Below, piece by piece: positions 15,301 to 30,300 of a stretch of 64,000 bases of DNA. Both the position numbers and the translations under genes were made by a program. Under the pieces are notes generated by a model, which did not search any database, was not told the DNA's origin, and saw nothing but the letters and a program-made list of their open reading frames with translations. How positions within the stretch are numbered: position 1 is the stretch's first letter; every line of letters begins with the position of its first letter. Origin of the DNA: Squalus acanthias (Eukaryota); contig CM059432.1 in NCBI GenBank assembly GCA_030390025.1, positions 113,028,001 through 113,092,000 on the forward strand, given 5' to 3'.

Positions 15301-18300
15301 AATCACTATACACCCGGTCTAGGAATCACAGTACACCTGTCTAGGAATCACTGTACACACGGTCCAGGAATCACTGTACACCCGGTCTAGGAATCACTGT
15401 ATACACGGTCTAGGATTTACTGTACACCCGGTCGAGGAAGCACTGTACACCCTGTCTAGGAATCACAGTACACCCGGTCTAGGAATCACTGTACACACGG
15501 TCTAGGAATCACTGCACACCCGGTCTAGGAATCACTGTACACCCGGTCTAAGAATCACAGTACACCCGGTCTAGGAATTGCTGTTTACCCGGTCTAGGAA
15601 TCACTGTACACCCGGTCTAGGAATTACTGTACACCCGGTCTAGGAAGCACTGTACACCCGGTCTAGGAATCACTGTACACCCGGTCTAGGAATCACTGTA
15701 CACACGGTCTAGGATTTACTGTACACCCGGTCGAGGAAGCACTGTACACCCTGTCTAGGATTCACACTACACCCGGTCTAGGGATCACTGTTCACCCGGT
15801 CTAGAGATCACTGTTCACCCGGTCTGGGAATCACTATACACCCGGTCTAGGAATTAATGTACTCCCGGACTAGCAATTACTGTACACCCGTTCGAGGAAT
15901 TGGTGTTCGCCTGGTCTAGGAATCACTGTACACCCAGTCTAAGAATTACTGTACACCCGTCGAGGAATGACTGTACACCTGGTCTAGGAATCATGTACAC
16001 CCGTTCTAGGAATCACTGTCCACATGGTATAGGAATTACTGTACACCCAGTCTAGGAATCACTGTACACCCGGTCTAGGAATCACTTTACACCCGGTCTA
16101 GGAATCATTGTACACCAGGTTTACGAATCACTGTACACCTGGTCTAAGACTCAATGTACACCCTGTCTAGGAATCACTATATACCCAGTCTAGGAATCGC
16201 TTTACACCAGTCTAGGAATCACTGTACACCCGGTCTAGGAATCACTTTACACCCGGTCTAGGAATCATTGTACACCAGGTTTACGAATCACTGTACACCA
16301 GGTCTAGGACTCAATGTACACCCGCTCTAGGAATCACTGTCCACCCGGTATAGGAATCACTGTAAACCCAGTCTAGGAATTACTGTACACCCAGGTCTAG
16401 GAATCACTGTACACCCGGTCTAGCAATTCCTGTACATCCGGTCTAGGAATCACTATTCACCCGGTCTAGGTAGCACTTTACACCCAGTCGAGAAATTAGT
16501 GTTCACCCAGTCTAGGATCACTATACACTCAGTCTAGGAATCACTGTATACCCGGTCTAGGAATTGCTGTTCACCCAGTCCAGGAATCACTGTACACCCG
16601 GTCTAGGAATCACTGTACACCCGGTCTAGGTATCACTTTACACCCAGTCTAGAAATTAGTGATCACCCAGTCTAGGAATCACGATACACTCAGTCTAGGA
16701 ATCACTGTTCACCCGGTCTAGGAATCACTGTACACCCCAGTCAGGAATCACTGTACACCCGGTCTAGGAATCACTGTACACCCGGTCTGGGAATCACTGT
16801 ACACCCAGTCCAGGAATCACTGTACACCCGGTCTAGGAATCACTGTACACCCAGTCTAGGAATCACTGTACACACGGTCTAGGAATCACTGTACACCCGG
16901 TCTAGGAATTACTGCACACCCGGTGTAGGAATTAGTGTACACACAGTCTAGGAATCACTGTACACCCGGTCTAGCAATTCCTGTACACCCGGTCTAGGTA
17001 TCACTTTACACCCAGTCTAGTAATTAGTTTTCACCCGGTCTAGGGATCACTATACACTCAGTCTAGGAATCACTGTACACCCGGTCTAGGAATCACTGTA
17101 CACCCAGTCTAGGAATCACAGTACACCTGTCTAGGAATCACTGTACACACAGTCTCGGAATCACTGTACACCCGGTCTAGGAATCACTGTACACCCGGTC
17201 TTGTAATCACAGTACACCCGGTCTAGGAATTGCTGTTCACCCGGTCTAGGAATCACTGTACACCCGGTCTAGGAAGCACTGTACACCCGGTCTAGGAATC
17301 ACTGTACACCCGGTCTAGGAATCACTGTACACACGGTCTAGGATTTACTGTACACCCGGACGAGGAAGCACTGTACACCCTGTCTAGGAATCACAGTACA
17401 CCCGGTCTAGGAATCACTGTACACACGGTCTAGGAATCACTGTACACCCGGTCTAGGAATCACTGTACACCCGGTCTAGGCATCACTGTACACCCAGTCT
17501 AGGAATCACTATACACCCGGTCTAGGAATCACAGTACACCTGTCTAGGAATCACTGTACACACGGTCCAGGAATCACGGTACACCCGGTCTAGGAATCAC
17601 TGTACACCCGGTCTAGGAATCACTGTACACACGGTCTAGGATTTACTGTACACCCGGTCGAGGAAGCACTGTACACCCTGTCTAGGAATCACAGTACACC
17701 CGGTCTAGGAATCACTGTACACACGGTCTAGGAATCACTGTACACCCGGTCTAGAAATCACTGTACACCCGGTCGAGGAATCACTGTACATCCGGTCTAG
17801 GAATCACTATACACCCGGTCTAGGAATCACAGTACACCTGTCTAGGAATCACTGTACACACGGTCCAGGAATCACTGTACACCCGGTCTAGGAATCACTG
17901 TACACCCGGTCTTGGAATCACAGTACACCTGTCTAGGAATCACTGTACACACAGTCTCGGAATCACTGTACACCTGGTCTAGGAATCACTGTACACCCGG
18001 TCTAGGAATTAATGTACACCCGGTCTAGGAATTAATGTACACCCGGTCTAGGAATTAATGTACACCCGGTCTAGGAAGCACTGTACACCCGGTCTAGGAA
18101 TCACTGTACACCCGGTCTAGGAATCACTGCACACACGGTCTAGGATTTACTGTACACCCGGTCGAGGAAGCACTGTACACCCTGTCTAGGAATCACAGTA
18201 CACCCGGTCTAGGAATCACTGTACACACGGTCTAGGAATCACTGTACACCCGGTCTAGGAATCACTGTACACCCGGTCTAGGAATCACTGTACACCCTGT

Positions 18301-21300
18301 CTAGGAATCACTGTACACCCGGTCTAGGAATCACTGTACACACGGTCTAGGAATCACTGTACACCCGGTCTAGGAATCACTGTACACCCGGTCTAGGAAT
18401 CACTGTACACCCGGTCTAGGAATCACTATACACCCGGTCTAGGAATCACAGTACACCTGTCTAGGAATCACTGTACACACGGTCCAGGAATCACTGTACA
18501 CCCGGTCTAGGAATCACTGTACACCCTGTCTAGGAATCACTGTACACCCGGTCTAGGAATCACTGTATACACGGTCTAGGATTTACTGTACACCCGGTCG
18601 AGGAAGCACTGTACACCCTGTCTAGGAATCACAGTACACCCGGTCTAGGAATCACTGTACACACGGTCTAGGAATCACTGCACACCCGGTCTAGGAATCA
18701 CTGTACACCCGGTCTAGGAATCACTGTACACCCGGTCTAAGAATCACGATACACCCGTTCTAGGAATCACTGTACACCCGGTCTAGGAATCACAAGTACA
18801 CCTGTCTAGGAATCACTGTACACACAGTCTCGGAACACTGTACAACCCGGTCGAGGAATCACTGTACAACCCGGTCTGGAATCACAGTACACCGGTCTAG
18901 GAATGCTGTTCAACCCGGTCTAGGAATCACTGTACCACCCGGTCTAGGAATTACTGTACACCCGCGTCTAGGAATTAATGTACACCCGGTCTAGGAAGCA
19001 CTGTACACCCGGTCTAGGAATCACTGTACACCCGGTCTAGGAATCACTGTACAACACGGTCTAGGATTTACTGTACACCCGGTCGAGGAAGCAACTGTAC
19101 ACCCTGTCTAGAATCACAACTACACCCGGTCTAGGGATTACTGTTCACCCGGTCTAGAGATCACTGTTCACCCGGTCTGGAATCACTCTACACCCGGTCT
19201 AGAATTAATGTACTCCAGGACTAGCAATTACTGATACACCCGTTCGAGGCATTTGTGTCCGCCTGGTCTAGGAATCACTGTACACCCAGTCTAAGATTTA
19301 CTGTACACCCGGTCGAGGGAATGACTGTACAACCTGGTCTAGGAATCATGTACACCTGTTCTAGGAATCACTGTCCACATGGTATAGGAATTACTGTACA
19401 CCCAGTCTAGGAATCACTGTACACCCGGTCTAGGAATCACTTTACACCCGGTCTAGGAATCATTGTACACCAGGTTTACGAATCACTGTACACCTGTTCT
19501 AAGACTCAATGTACACCCTGTCTAGGAATCACTATAATACCCAGTCTAGGAATCGCTTTACACCCAGTCTAGGAATCACTGTACACCCGGTCTAGGAATC
19601 ACTTTTACACCCGGTCTAGGAATCATTGTACACCAGGTTTACGAATCACTGTACACCAGGTCTAGACTTCAATGTACACCCGCTCTAGGAATCACTGTCC
19701 ACCGGTATAGGAATCACTGTAAACCCAGTCTAGGAATTACTGTACACCCAGTCTAGGAATCACTGTACACCCGGTCTAGCAATTCCTGTACATCCGGTCT
19801 AGGAATCACTATTCACCCGGTCTAGGTATCACTTTACACCCAGTCGAGAAATTAGTGTTCACCCAGTCTAGGAATCACTATACACTCAGTCTAGGAATCA
19901 CTGTAGACCCGGTCTAGGAATTGCTGTTCACCCAATCCAGGAATCACTGTAGACCCGGTCTAGGAATCACTGTACACCCGGTCTAGGTATCACTTTACAC
20001 CCAGTCTAGAAATTAGTGATCACCCAGTCTAGGAATCACGATACACTCAGTCTAGGAATCACTGTTCACCCGGTATAGGAATCACTGTACACCCAGTCCA
20101 GGAATCACTGTACACCCGGTCTAGGAATCACTGTACACCCGGTCTGGGATCACTGCACACCCAGTCCAGGAATCACTGTACACCCGGTCTAGGAATCACT
20201 GTACACCCAGTCTAGGAATCACTGTACACACGGTCTAGGAATCACTGTACACCCGGTCTAGGAATTACTGCACACCCGGTGTAGGAATTAGTGTACACAC
20301 AGTCTAGGAATCACTGTACACCCGGTCTAGCAATTCCTGTACACCCGGTCTAGTAATCACTTTACACCCAGTCTAGTAATTAGTTTTCACCCGGTCTAGG
20401 GATCACTATACACTCAGTCTAGGAATCACTGTACACCCGGTCTAGGAATCACTGTACACCCAGTCTAGGAATCACAGTACACCTGTCTAGGAATCACTGT
20501 ACACACAGTCTCGGAATCACTGTACACCCGGTCTAGGAATCACTGTACACCCGGTCTTGTAATCACAGTACACCCGGTCTAGGAATTGCTGTTCACCCGG
20601 TCTAGGAATCACTGTACACCCGGTCTAGGAAGCACTGTACACCCGGTCTAGGAATCACTGTACACCCGGTCTAGGAATCACTGTACACACGGTCTAGGAT
20701 TTACTGTACACCCGGACGAGGAAGCACTGTACACCCTGTCTAGGAATCACAGTACACCCGGTCTAGGAATCACTGTACACACGGTCCAGGAATCACGGTA
20801 CACCCGGTCTAGGAATCACTGTACACCGGTCTAGGAATCACTGTACACCCAGTCTAGGAATCACTATACACCGGTCTAGGAATCACAGTACACCTGTCTG
20901 GAATCACTGTACACACGGTCCAGGAATCACGGTACACCCGGTCTAGGAATCACTGTACACCCGTCTAGGAATCACTGTACACCCGGTCGAGGAATCACTG
21001 TACATCCGTCTAGGAATCACTATACACCGGTCTTGGAATCACAGTACACCCGGTCTAGGAATTGCTGTTCACCCGGTCTAGGAATCACTGTACACCCGGT
21101 CTAGGAAGCACTGTACACCCGGTCTAGGAATCACTGTACACCCGGTCTAGGAATCACTGTACACACGGTCTAGGATTTACTGTACACCCGGACGAGGAAG
21201 CACTGTACACCCTGTCTAGGAATCACAGTACACCCGGTCTAGGAATCACTGTACACACGGTCCAGGAATCACGGTACACCCGGTCTAGGAATCACTGTAC

Positions 21301-24300
21301 ACCCGGTCTAGGAATCACTGTACACCCAGTCTAGGAATCACTATACACCCGGTCTAGGAATCACAGTACACCTGTCTGGGAATCACTGTACACACGGTCC
21401 AGGAATCACGGTACACCCGGTCTAGGAATCACTGTACACCCGGTCTAGGAATCACTGTACACCCGGTCGAGGAATCACTGTACATCCGGTCTAGGAATCA
21501 CTATACACCCGGTCTAGGAATCACAGTACACCTGTCTAGGAATCACTGTGCACACGGTCCAGGAATCACTGTACACCCGGTCTAGGAATCACTGTACACC
21601 CGGTCTAGGAATCACAGTACACCTGTCTAGGAATCACTGTACACACAGTCTCGGAATCACTGTACACCTGGTCTAGGAATCACTGTACACCCGGTCTTGG
21701 AATCACAGTACACCCAGTCTAGGAATTGCTGTTCACCCGGTCTAGGAATCACTGTACACCTGGTCTAGGAATTACTGTACACCCGGTCTAGGAATTAATG
21801 TACACCCGGTCTAGGAATTAATGTACACCCGGTCTAGGAAGCACTGTACACCCGGTCTAGGAATCACTGTACACCCGGTCTAGTAATCACTGTACACACG
21901 GTCTAGGATTTACTGTACACCCGGTCGAGGAAGCACTGTACACCCTGTCTAGGAATCACAGTACACCCGGTCTAGGAATCACTGTACACACGGTCTAGAA
22001 TCACTGTACACCCGGTCTTGGAATCACTGTACACCCGATCTAGGAATCACTGTACACCCTGTCTAGGAATCACTGTACACCCGGTCTAGGAATCACAAAA
22101 CACCCGGTCTAGGAATCACAGTACACCTGTCTAGGAATCACTGTACACACGGTCCAGGAATCACTGTACACCCGGTCTAGGAATCACTGTACACCCGGTC
22201 TAGGAATCACAGTACACCTGTCTAGGAATCACTGTACACCCGGTCTAGGAATCACTATACACCCGGTCTAGGAATCACAGTACACCTGTCTAGGAATCAC
22301 TGTACACACGGTCCAGGAATCACTGTACACCCGGTCTAGGAATCACTGTACACCCTGTCTAGGAATCACTGTACACCCGGTCTAGGAATCACTGTGTACA
22401 CGGTCTAGGAATCACTGCACACCCGGTCTAGGAATCACTGTACACCCGGTCTAGGAATCACTGTACACCCGGTCTAAGAATCACCATACACCCGGTCTAG
22501 GAATCACTGTACACCCGGTCTAGGAATCACAGTACACCTGTCTAGGAATCACTGTACACACAGTCTCGGAATCACTGTACACCCGGTCGAGGAATCACTG
22601 TACACCCGGTCTTGGAATCACGGTACACCCGGTCTAGGAATTGCTGTTCACCCAGTCTAGGAATCACTGTACACCTGGGCTAGGAATTACTGTACACCCG
22701 GTCTAGGAATTAATGTACACCCGGTCTAGGAAGCACTGTACACCCGGTCTAGGAATCACTGTACACCCGGTCTAGGAATCACTGTACACCCGGTCTAGGA
22801 ATCACTGTACACCCGGTCTAGGATTTACTGTACACCCGGTCGAGGAAGCACTGTACACCCTGTCTAGGAATCACACTACACCCGGTCTAGGGATCACTGT
22901 TCACCCGGTCTAGAGATCACTGTTCACCCGGTCTGGGAATCACTATACACCCGGTCTAGGAATTAATGTACTCCCGGACTAGCAATTACTGTACACCCGT
23001 TCGAGGAATTGGTGTCCGCCTGGTCTAGGAATCACTGTACACCCAGTCTAAGAATTACTGTACACCCGGTCGAGGAATGACTGTACACCTGGTCTAGGAA
23101 TCATGTACACCCGTTCTAGGAATCACTGTCCACATGGTATAGGAATTACTGTACACCCAGTCTAGGAATCACTGTACACCCGGTCTAGGAATCACTTTAC
23201 ACCCGGTCTAGGAATCATTGTACACCAGGTTTACGAATCACTGTACACCTGGTCTAAGACTCAATGTACACCCTGTCTAGGAATCACTATATACCCAGTC
23301 TAGGAATCGCTTTACACCCAGTCTAGGAATCACTGTACACCCGGTCTAGGAATCACTTTACACCCGGTCTAGGAATCATTGTACACCAGGTTTACGAATC
23401 ACTGTACACCAGGTCTAGGACTCAATGTACACCCGCTCTAGGAATCACTGTCCACCCGGTATAGGAATCACTGTAAACCCAGTCTAGGAATTACTGTACA
23501 CCCAGTCTAGGAATCACTGTACACCCGGTCTAGCAATTCCTGTACATCCGGTCTAGGAATCACTATTCACCCGGTCTAGGTATCACTTTACACCCAGTCT
23601 AGAAATTAGTGTTCACCCAGTCTAGGAATCACTATACACTCAGTCTAGGAATCACTGTAGACCCGGTCTAGGAATTGCTGTTCACCCAATCCAGGAATCA
23701 CTGTACACCCGGTCTAGGAATCACTGTACACCCGGTCTAGGTATCACTTTACACCCAGTCGAGAAATTAGTGATCACCCAGTCTAGGAATCACGATACAC
23801 TCAGTCTAGGAATCACTGTTCACCCGTTATAGGAATCACTGTACACCCAGTCCAGGAATCACTGTACACCCGGTCGAGGAATCACTGTACACCCGGTCTG
23901 GGAATCACTGTACACCCAGTCCAGGAATCACTGTACACCCGGTCTAGGAATCACTGTACACCCAGTCTAGGAATCACTGTACACACGGTCTAGGAATCAC
24001 TGTACACCCGGTCTAGGAATTACTGCACACCCGGTGTAGGAATTAGTGTACACACAGTCTAGGAATCACTGTACACCCGGTCTAGCAATTCCTGTACACC
24101 CGGTCTAGTAATCACTTTACACCCAGTCTAGTAATTAGTTTTCACCCGGTCTAGGGATCACTATACACTCAGTCTAGGAATCACTGTACACCCGGTCTAG
24201 GAATCACTGTACACCCAGTCTAGGAATCACAGTACACCTGTCTAGGAATCACTGTACACACAGTCTCGGAATCACTGTACACCCGGTCTAGGAATCACTG

Positions 24301-27300
24301 TACACCCGGTCTTGTAATCACTGTACACCCGGTCTAGGAATTGCTGTTCACCCGGTCTAGGAATCACTGTACACCCGGTCTAGGAAGCACTGTACACCCG
24401 GTCTAGGAATCACTCTACACCCGGTCTAGGAATCACTGTACACACGGTCTAGGATTTACTGTACACCCGGACGAGGAAGCACTGTACACCCTGTCTAAGA
24501 ATCACAGTACACCCGGTCTAGGAATCACTGTACACACAGTCCAGGAATCACGGTACACCCGGTCTACGAATCACTGTACACCCGGTCTAGGAATCACTGT
24601 ACACCCAGTCTAGGAATCACTATACACCCGGTCTAGGAATCACAGTACACCTGTCTGGGAATCACTGTACACACGGTCCAGGAATCACGGTACACCCGGT
24701 CTAGGAATCACTGTACACCCGGTCTAGGAATCACTGTACACCCGGTCGAGGAATCACTGTACATCCGGTCTAGGAATCACTATACACCCGGTCTAGGAAT
24801 CACAGTACACCTGTCTAGGAATCACTGTGCACACGGTCCAGGAATCACTGTTCACCCGGTCTAGGAATCACTGTACACCCGGTCTAGGAATCACAGTACA
24901 CCTGTCTAGGAATCACTGTACACACAGTCTCGGAATCACTGTACACCTGGTCTAGGAATCACTGTACACCCGGTCTTGGAATCACAGTACACCCGGTCTA
25001 GGAATTGCTGTTCACCCGGTCTAGGAATCACTGTACACCCGGTCTAGGAATTACTGTACACCCGGTCTAGGAATTAATGTACACCCGGTCTAGGAATTAA
25101 TGTACACCCGGTCTAGGAAGCACTGTACACCCGGTCTAGGAATCACTGTACACCCGGTCTAGGAATCACTGTACACACGGTCTAGGATTTACTGTACACC
25201 CGGTCGAGGAAGCACTGTACACCCTGTCTAGGAATCACAGTACACCCGGTCTAGGAATCACTGTACACACGGTCTAGGAATCACTGTACACCCGGTCTAG
25301 GAATTACTGTACACCCGGTCTAGGAATTAATGTACACCCGGTCTAGGAATTAATGTACACCCGGTCTAGGAAGCACTGTACACCCGGTCTAGGAATCACT
25401 GTACACCCGGTCTAGGAATCACTGTACACACGGTGTAGGATTTACTGTACACCCGATCGAGGAAGCACTGTACACCCTGTCTAGGAATCACAGTACACCC
25501 GGTCTAGGAATCACTGTACACACGGTCTAGGAATCACTGTACACCCGGTCTTGGAATCACTGTACACCCGATCTAGGAATCACTGTACACCCTGTCTAGG
25601 AATCACAGTACACCCGGTCTAGGAATCACTGTACACACGGTCTAGGAATCACTGTACACCCGGTCTAGGAATCACTGTACACCCGGTCTAGGAATCACAA
25701 AACACCCGGTCTAGGAATCACAGTACACCTGTCTAGGAATCACTGTACACCCGGTCTAGGAATCACTGTACACCCTGTCTAGGAATCACTGTACACCCGG
25801 TCTAGGAATCACTGTACACACGGTCTAGGATTTACTGTACACCCGGTCGAGGAAGCACTGTACACCCTGTCTAGGAATCACAGTACACCCGGTCTAGGAA
25901 TCACTGTACACACGGTCTAGGAATCACTGCACACCCGGTCTAGGAATCACTGTACACCCGGTCTAGGAATCACTGTACACCCGGTCTAAGAATCACCATA
26001 CACCCGGTCTAGGAATCACAGTACACCTGTCTAGGAATCATTGTACACACGGTCCAGGAATCACTGTACACCCGGTCTAGGAATCACTGTACACCCGGTC
26101 TAGGAATCACAGTACACCTGTCTAGGAATCACTGTACACACAGTCTCGGAATCACTGTACACCCAGTCTAGGAATCACTGTACACCCGGTCTTGGAATCA
26201 CAGTACACCCAGTCTAGGAATTGCTGTTCACCCGGTCTAGGAATCACTGTACACCCGGTCTAGGAATTACTGTACACCCGGTCTAGGAATTAATGTACAC
26301 CCGGTCTAGGAATCACAGTACACCCGGTCTTGGAATCACAGTACACCCGGTCTAGGAATTGCTGTTCACCCGGTCTAGGAATTAATGTACACCCGGTCTC
26401 GGAATCACAGTACATCCGGTCTAGGAATTACTGTACACCGGGTCGAGGAATCACTGTACACCCAGTCTAGTAATCACTGTACACCCGGTCTAGGAATCGC
26501 TGTACACCAAGTCTACGTATTAGTGTACACACAATCTAGGAATCACTGTACACCCGGTCTAGTTATCACTTTACATTAGATCTAGGAAACACTGTACACC
26601 CGGTCTAGGAATTACTGTACACCCGGTCTAGGAATTAGTCAACACCCGGTCTAGGAATTAATGTACACCCGGTCGAGGAATTAGTGTCCGCCTGGTCTAG
26701 GAAGCACTGTACACCTAGTCTAGAAATTTGTGTACAACCAGTCTAGGAATTACTGTAGACCCGGTCTAGGAATCATTGTACACACAGTCTAAGAATTACT
26801 GTACACCCGGTCTAGGAATCACTACACACTCAGTCTAGGAATAACTGTACACCCGATCTAAGAATCACTATACACCCAGAATAGGAATCACTGTACACCC
26901 TGTCTAGGAATTACTGCAAACCCAGTCTAGGAATCACTGTACACCCGGTATAGGAATTACTGTACACCCGGTCTAGGAATCACTGTACACCCGGTCTAGG
27001 AATCACTGTACACACGGTCTAGGATTTACTGTACACCCGGTCGAGGAAGCACTTTACACCCTGTCTAGGAATCACTGTACACCCGGTCTAGGAATCACTA
27101 TACACCCGGTCTAGGAATCACAGTACACCTGTCTAGGAATCACTGTACACACGGTCCAGGAATCACTGTATACCCGGTCTAGGAATCACTGTACACCCGG
27201 TCTAGGAATCACAGTACACCTGTCTAGGAATCACAGTACACACAGTCTCGGAATCACTGTACACCCGGTCTAGGAATCACTGTGCACCCAGTCTTGGAAT

Positions 27301-30300
27301 CACAGTACACCCGGTCTAGGAATTGCTGTTCACCCGGTCTAGGAATCACTGTACACCCGGTCTAGGAATAACTGTACACCTGGTCTAGGAATCACAGTAC
27401 ACCCGGTCTAGGAATCACTGTACACCCAGTCTTGGAATCACAGTACACCCGGTCTGGGAATTGCTGTTCACCCGGTCTAGGAATCACTGTATGCCCGGTC
27501 TAGGAATAACTGTACACCCGGTCTAGGAATTACTGTACACCCGGTCTAGGAATTAATGTACACCCGGTCTAGGAATCACAGTACACCCGGTCTAGGAATT
27601 ACTGTACACCCGGTCTAAGAAATATTGTACACCGGGTCGAGGAATCACTGTACACCCAGTCTAGTAATCACTGTACACCCGGTCTCGGAATCGCTGTACA
27701 CCTAGTCTACGTATCAGTGTACATGCAATCTAGGAATCACTGTACACCCGGTCTAGTTATCACTGTACATCGGATCTAGGAAACACTGTACACCCGGTCT
27801 AGGAATTACTGTACACCCGGTCTAGGAATTAGTGAACACCCGGTCTAGGAATTAATGTACACCCGGTCGAAGAATTAGTGTCCGCCTGGCCTAGGAAGCA
27901 CTGTACACCTAGTCTAGAAATTTGTGTACACCTAGTCTAGGAATTACTGTACACCCGGTCTCGGAATCATTGTACACACAGTCTAAGAATTACTGTACAC
28001 CCGGTCTAGGAATCACTACACACTCAGTCTAGGAATAACTGTACACCCGATCTAAGAATCACTCTACACCCAGAATAGGAATCACTGTACACCCAGTCTA
28101 GGAATTACTGCAAACCCAGTCTAGGAATCACTGTACACCCGGTATAGGAATTACTGTACACCCGTTCTAGGAATCACTGTACACACGTTCTAGGAATCAC
28201 TGTAAACCCGGTCTAGGAATTACTTTAAACCCAGTATAAGGATTAGTGTACACCCGGTGTAGGAATTAGTGTACACCCGGTCTAGGAATTAATGTACACC
28301 CGGTCTAGGAATCACAGTACACCCGGTCGAGGAATCACTGTGCACCCAGTCCAGGAATCACTGTACACCCGGTCTAGGAATCACTGTACAACCGATCTAG
28401 TAATCACTGTACACCCGGTCTAGGAATCACTGTACACCTAGTCTACATATCAGTGTACACACAATCTAGGAATCACTGTACACCCAGTCTAGGAATCACT
28501 ATACACCCAGTCTAGGAATCACTATACACCCAGACTAGGGATCACTGTTCACCCAGACTAGGAATCACTGTTCACCCGGTCTCGGAATCACTGTTCACCC
28601 GGTCTAGGGATCACTGTTCACCCGGTCTAGAGATCACTGTTCACCCGGTCTGGGAATCACTATACACCCGGTCTAGGAATTAATGTACTCCCGGACTAGC
28701 AATTACTGTACACCCGTTCGGGGAATTAGTGTCCGCATGGTCTAGGAATCACTGTACACCCAGTCTAAGAATTACTGTATACCCGGTCGAGGAATGACTG
28801 TACACCTGGTCTAGGAATCATGTACACCCGGTCTAGGAATCACTGTCCACATGGTATAGGAATTACTGTACACCCAGTCTAGGAATCACTGTACACCCGG
28901 TCTAGGAATCACTTTACACCCGGTCTAGGAATCATTGTACACCAGGTTTACGAATCACTGTACACCTGGTCTAAGACTCAATGTACACCCGGTCTAGTGA
29001 TCACTGTTCACCCGGTCTAGGAATCAATGTACAGCAGGTCTAGGATTCATGTACACCCTGTCTAGGAATCACTATACACCCAGAATAGGAATCACTGTAC
29101 ACCCAGTCTAGGAATTACTGCAAACCCAGTCTAGGAATCACTGCACACCCGGTATAGGAATTACTGTACACCCGTTCTAGGAATCACTGTACACACGTTC
29201 TAGGAATCACTGTAAACCCGGTCTAGGAATCACTGTAAACCCAGTATATGGATTAGTGTACACCCGGTCTAGGAATCACTGTTAATCCAGTCTAAGGATT
29301 AGTGTACTCCCGGTCTAGGAATCACTGTAAACCCAGTATAAGGATTAGTGTACACCCGGTCTAGGAATCACTGTTCACCTGGTCTAGGAATCACTGTACA
29401 CCCGGTCTAGGAAGCACTGTACACCCGGTCTAGGAATCACTGTACACCCGGTCTAGGAATCACTGTACACACGGTCTAGGATTTACTGTACACCCGGTCG
29501 AGGAAGCACTGTACACCCTGTCTAGGAATCACTGTACACCCGGTCTAGGAATCACTATACACCCGGTCTAGGAATCACAGTACACCTGTCTAGGAATCAC
29601 TGTACACACGGTCCAGGAATCACTGTATACCCGGTCTAGGAATCACTGTACACCCGGTCTAGGAATCACAGTACACCTGTCTAGGAATCACAGTACACAC
29701 AGTCTCGGAATCACTGTACACCCGGTCTAGGAATCACTGTGCACCCAGTCTTGGAATCACAGTACACCCGGTCTAGGAATTGCTGTTCACCCGGTCTAGG
29801 AATCACTGTACACCCGGTCTAGGAATAACTGTACACCTGGTCTAGGAATCACAGTACACCCGGTCTAGGAATCACTGTACACCCAGTCTTGGAATCACAG
29901 TACACCCGGTCTGGGAATTGCTGTTCACCCGGTCTAGGAATCACTGTATGCCCGGTCTAGGAATAACTGTACACCCGGTCTAAGAATTACTGTACACCCG
30001 GTCTAGGAATTAATGTACACCCGGTCTAGGAATCACAGTACACCCAGTCTAGGAATTACTGTACACCCGGTCTAAGAAATATTGTACACCGGGTCGAGGA
30101 ATCACTGTACACCCAGTCTAGTAATCACTGTACACCCGGTCTCGGAATCGCTGTACACCTAGTCTACGTATCAGTGTACATGCAATCTAGGAATCACTGT
30201 ACACCCGGTCTAGTTATCACTGTACATCGGATCTAGGAAACACTGTACACCCGGTCTAGGAATTACTGTACACCCGGTCTAGGAATCACTGTACACACGG

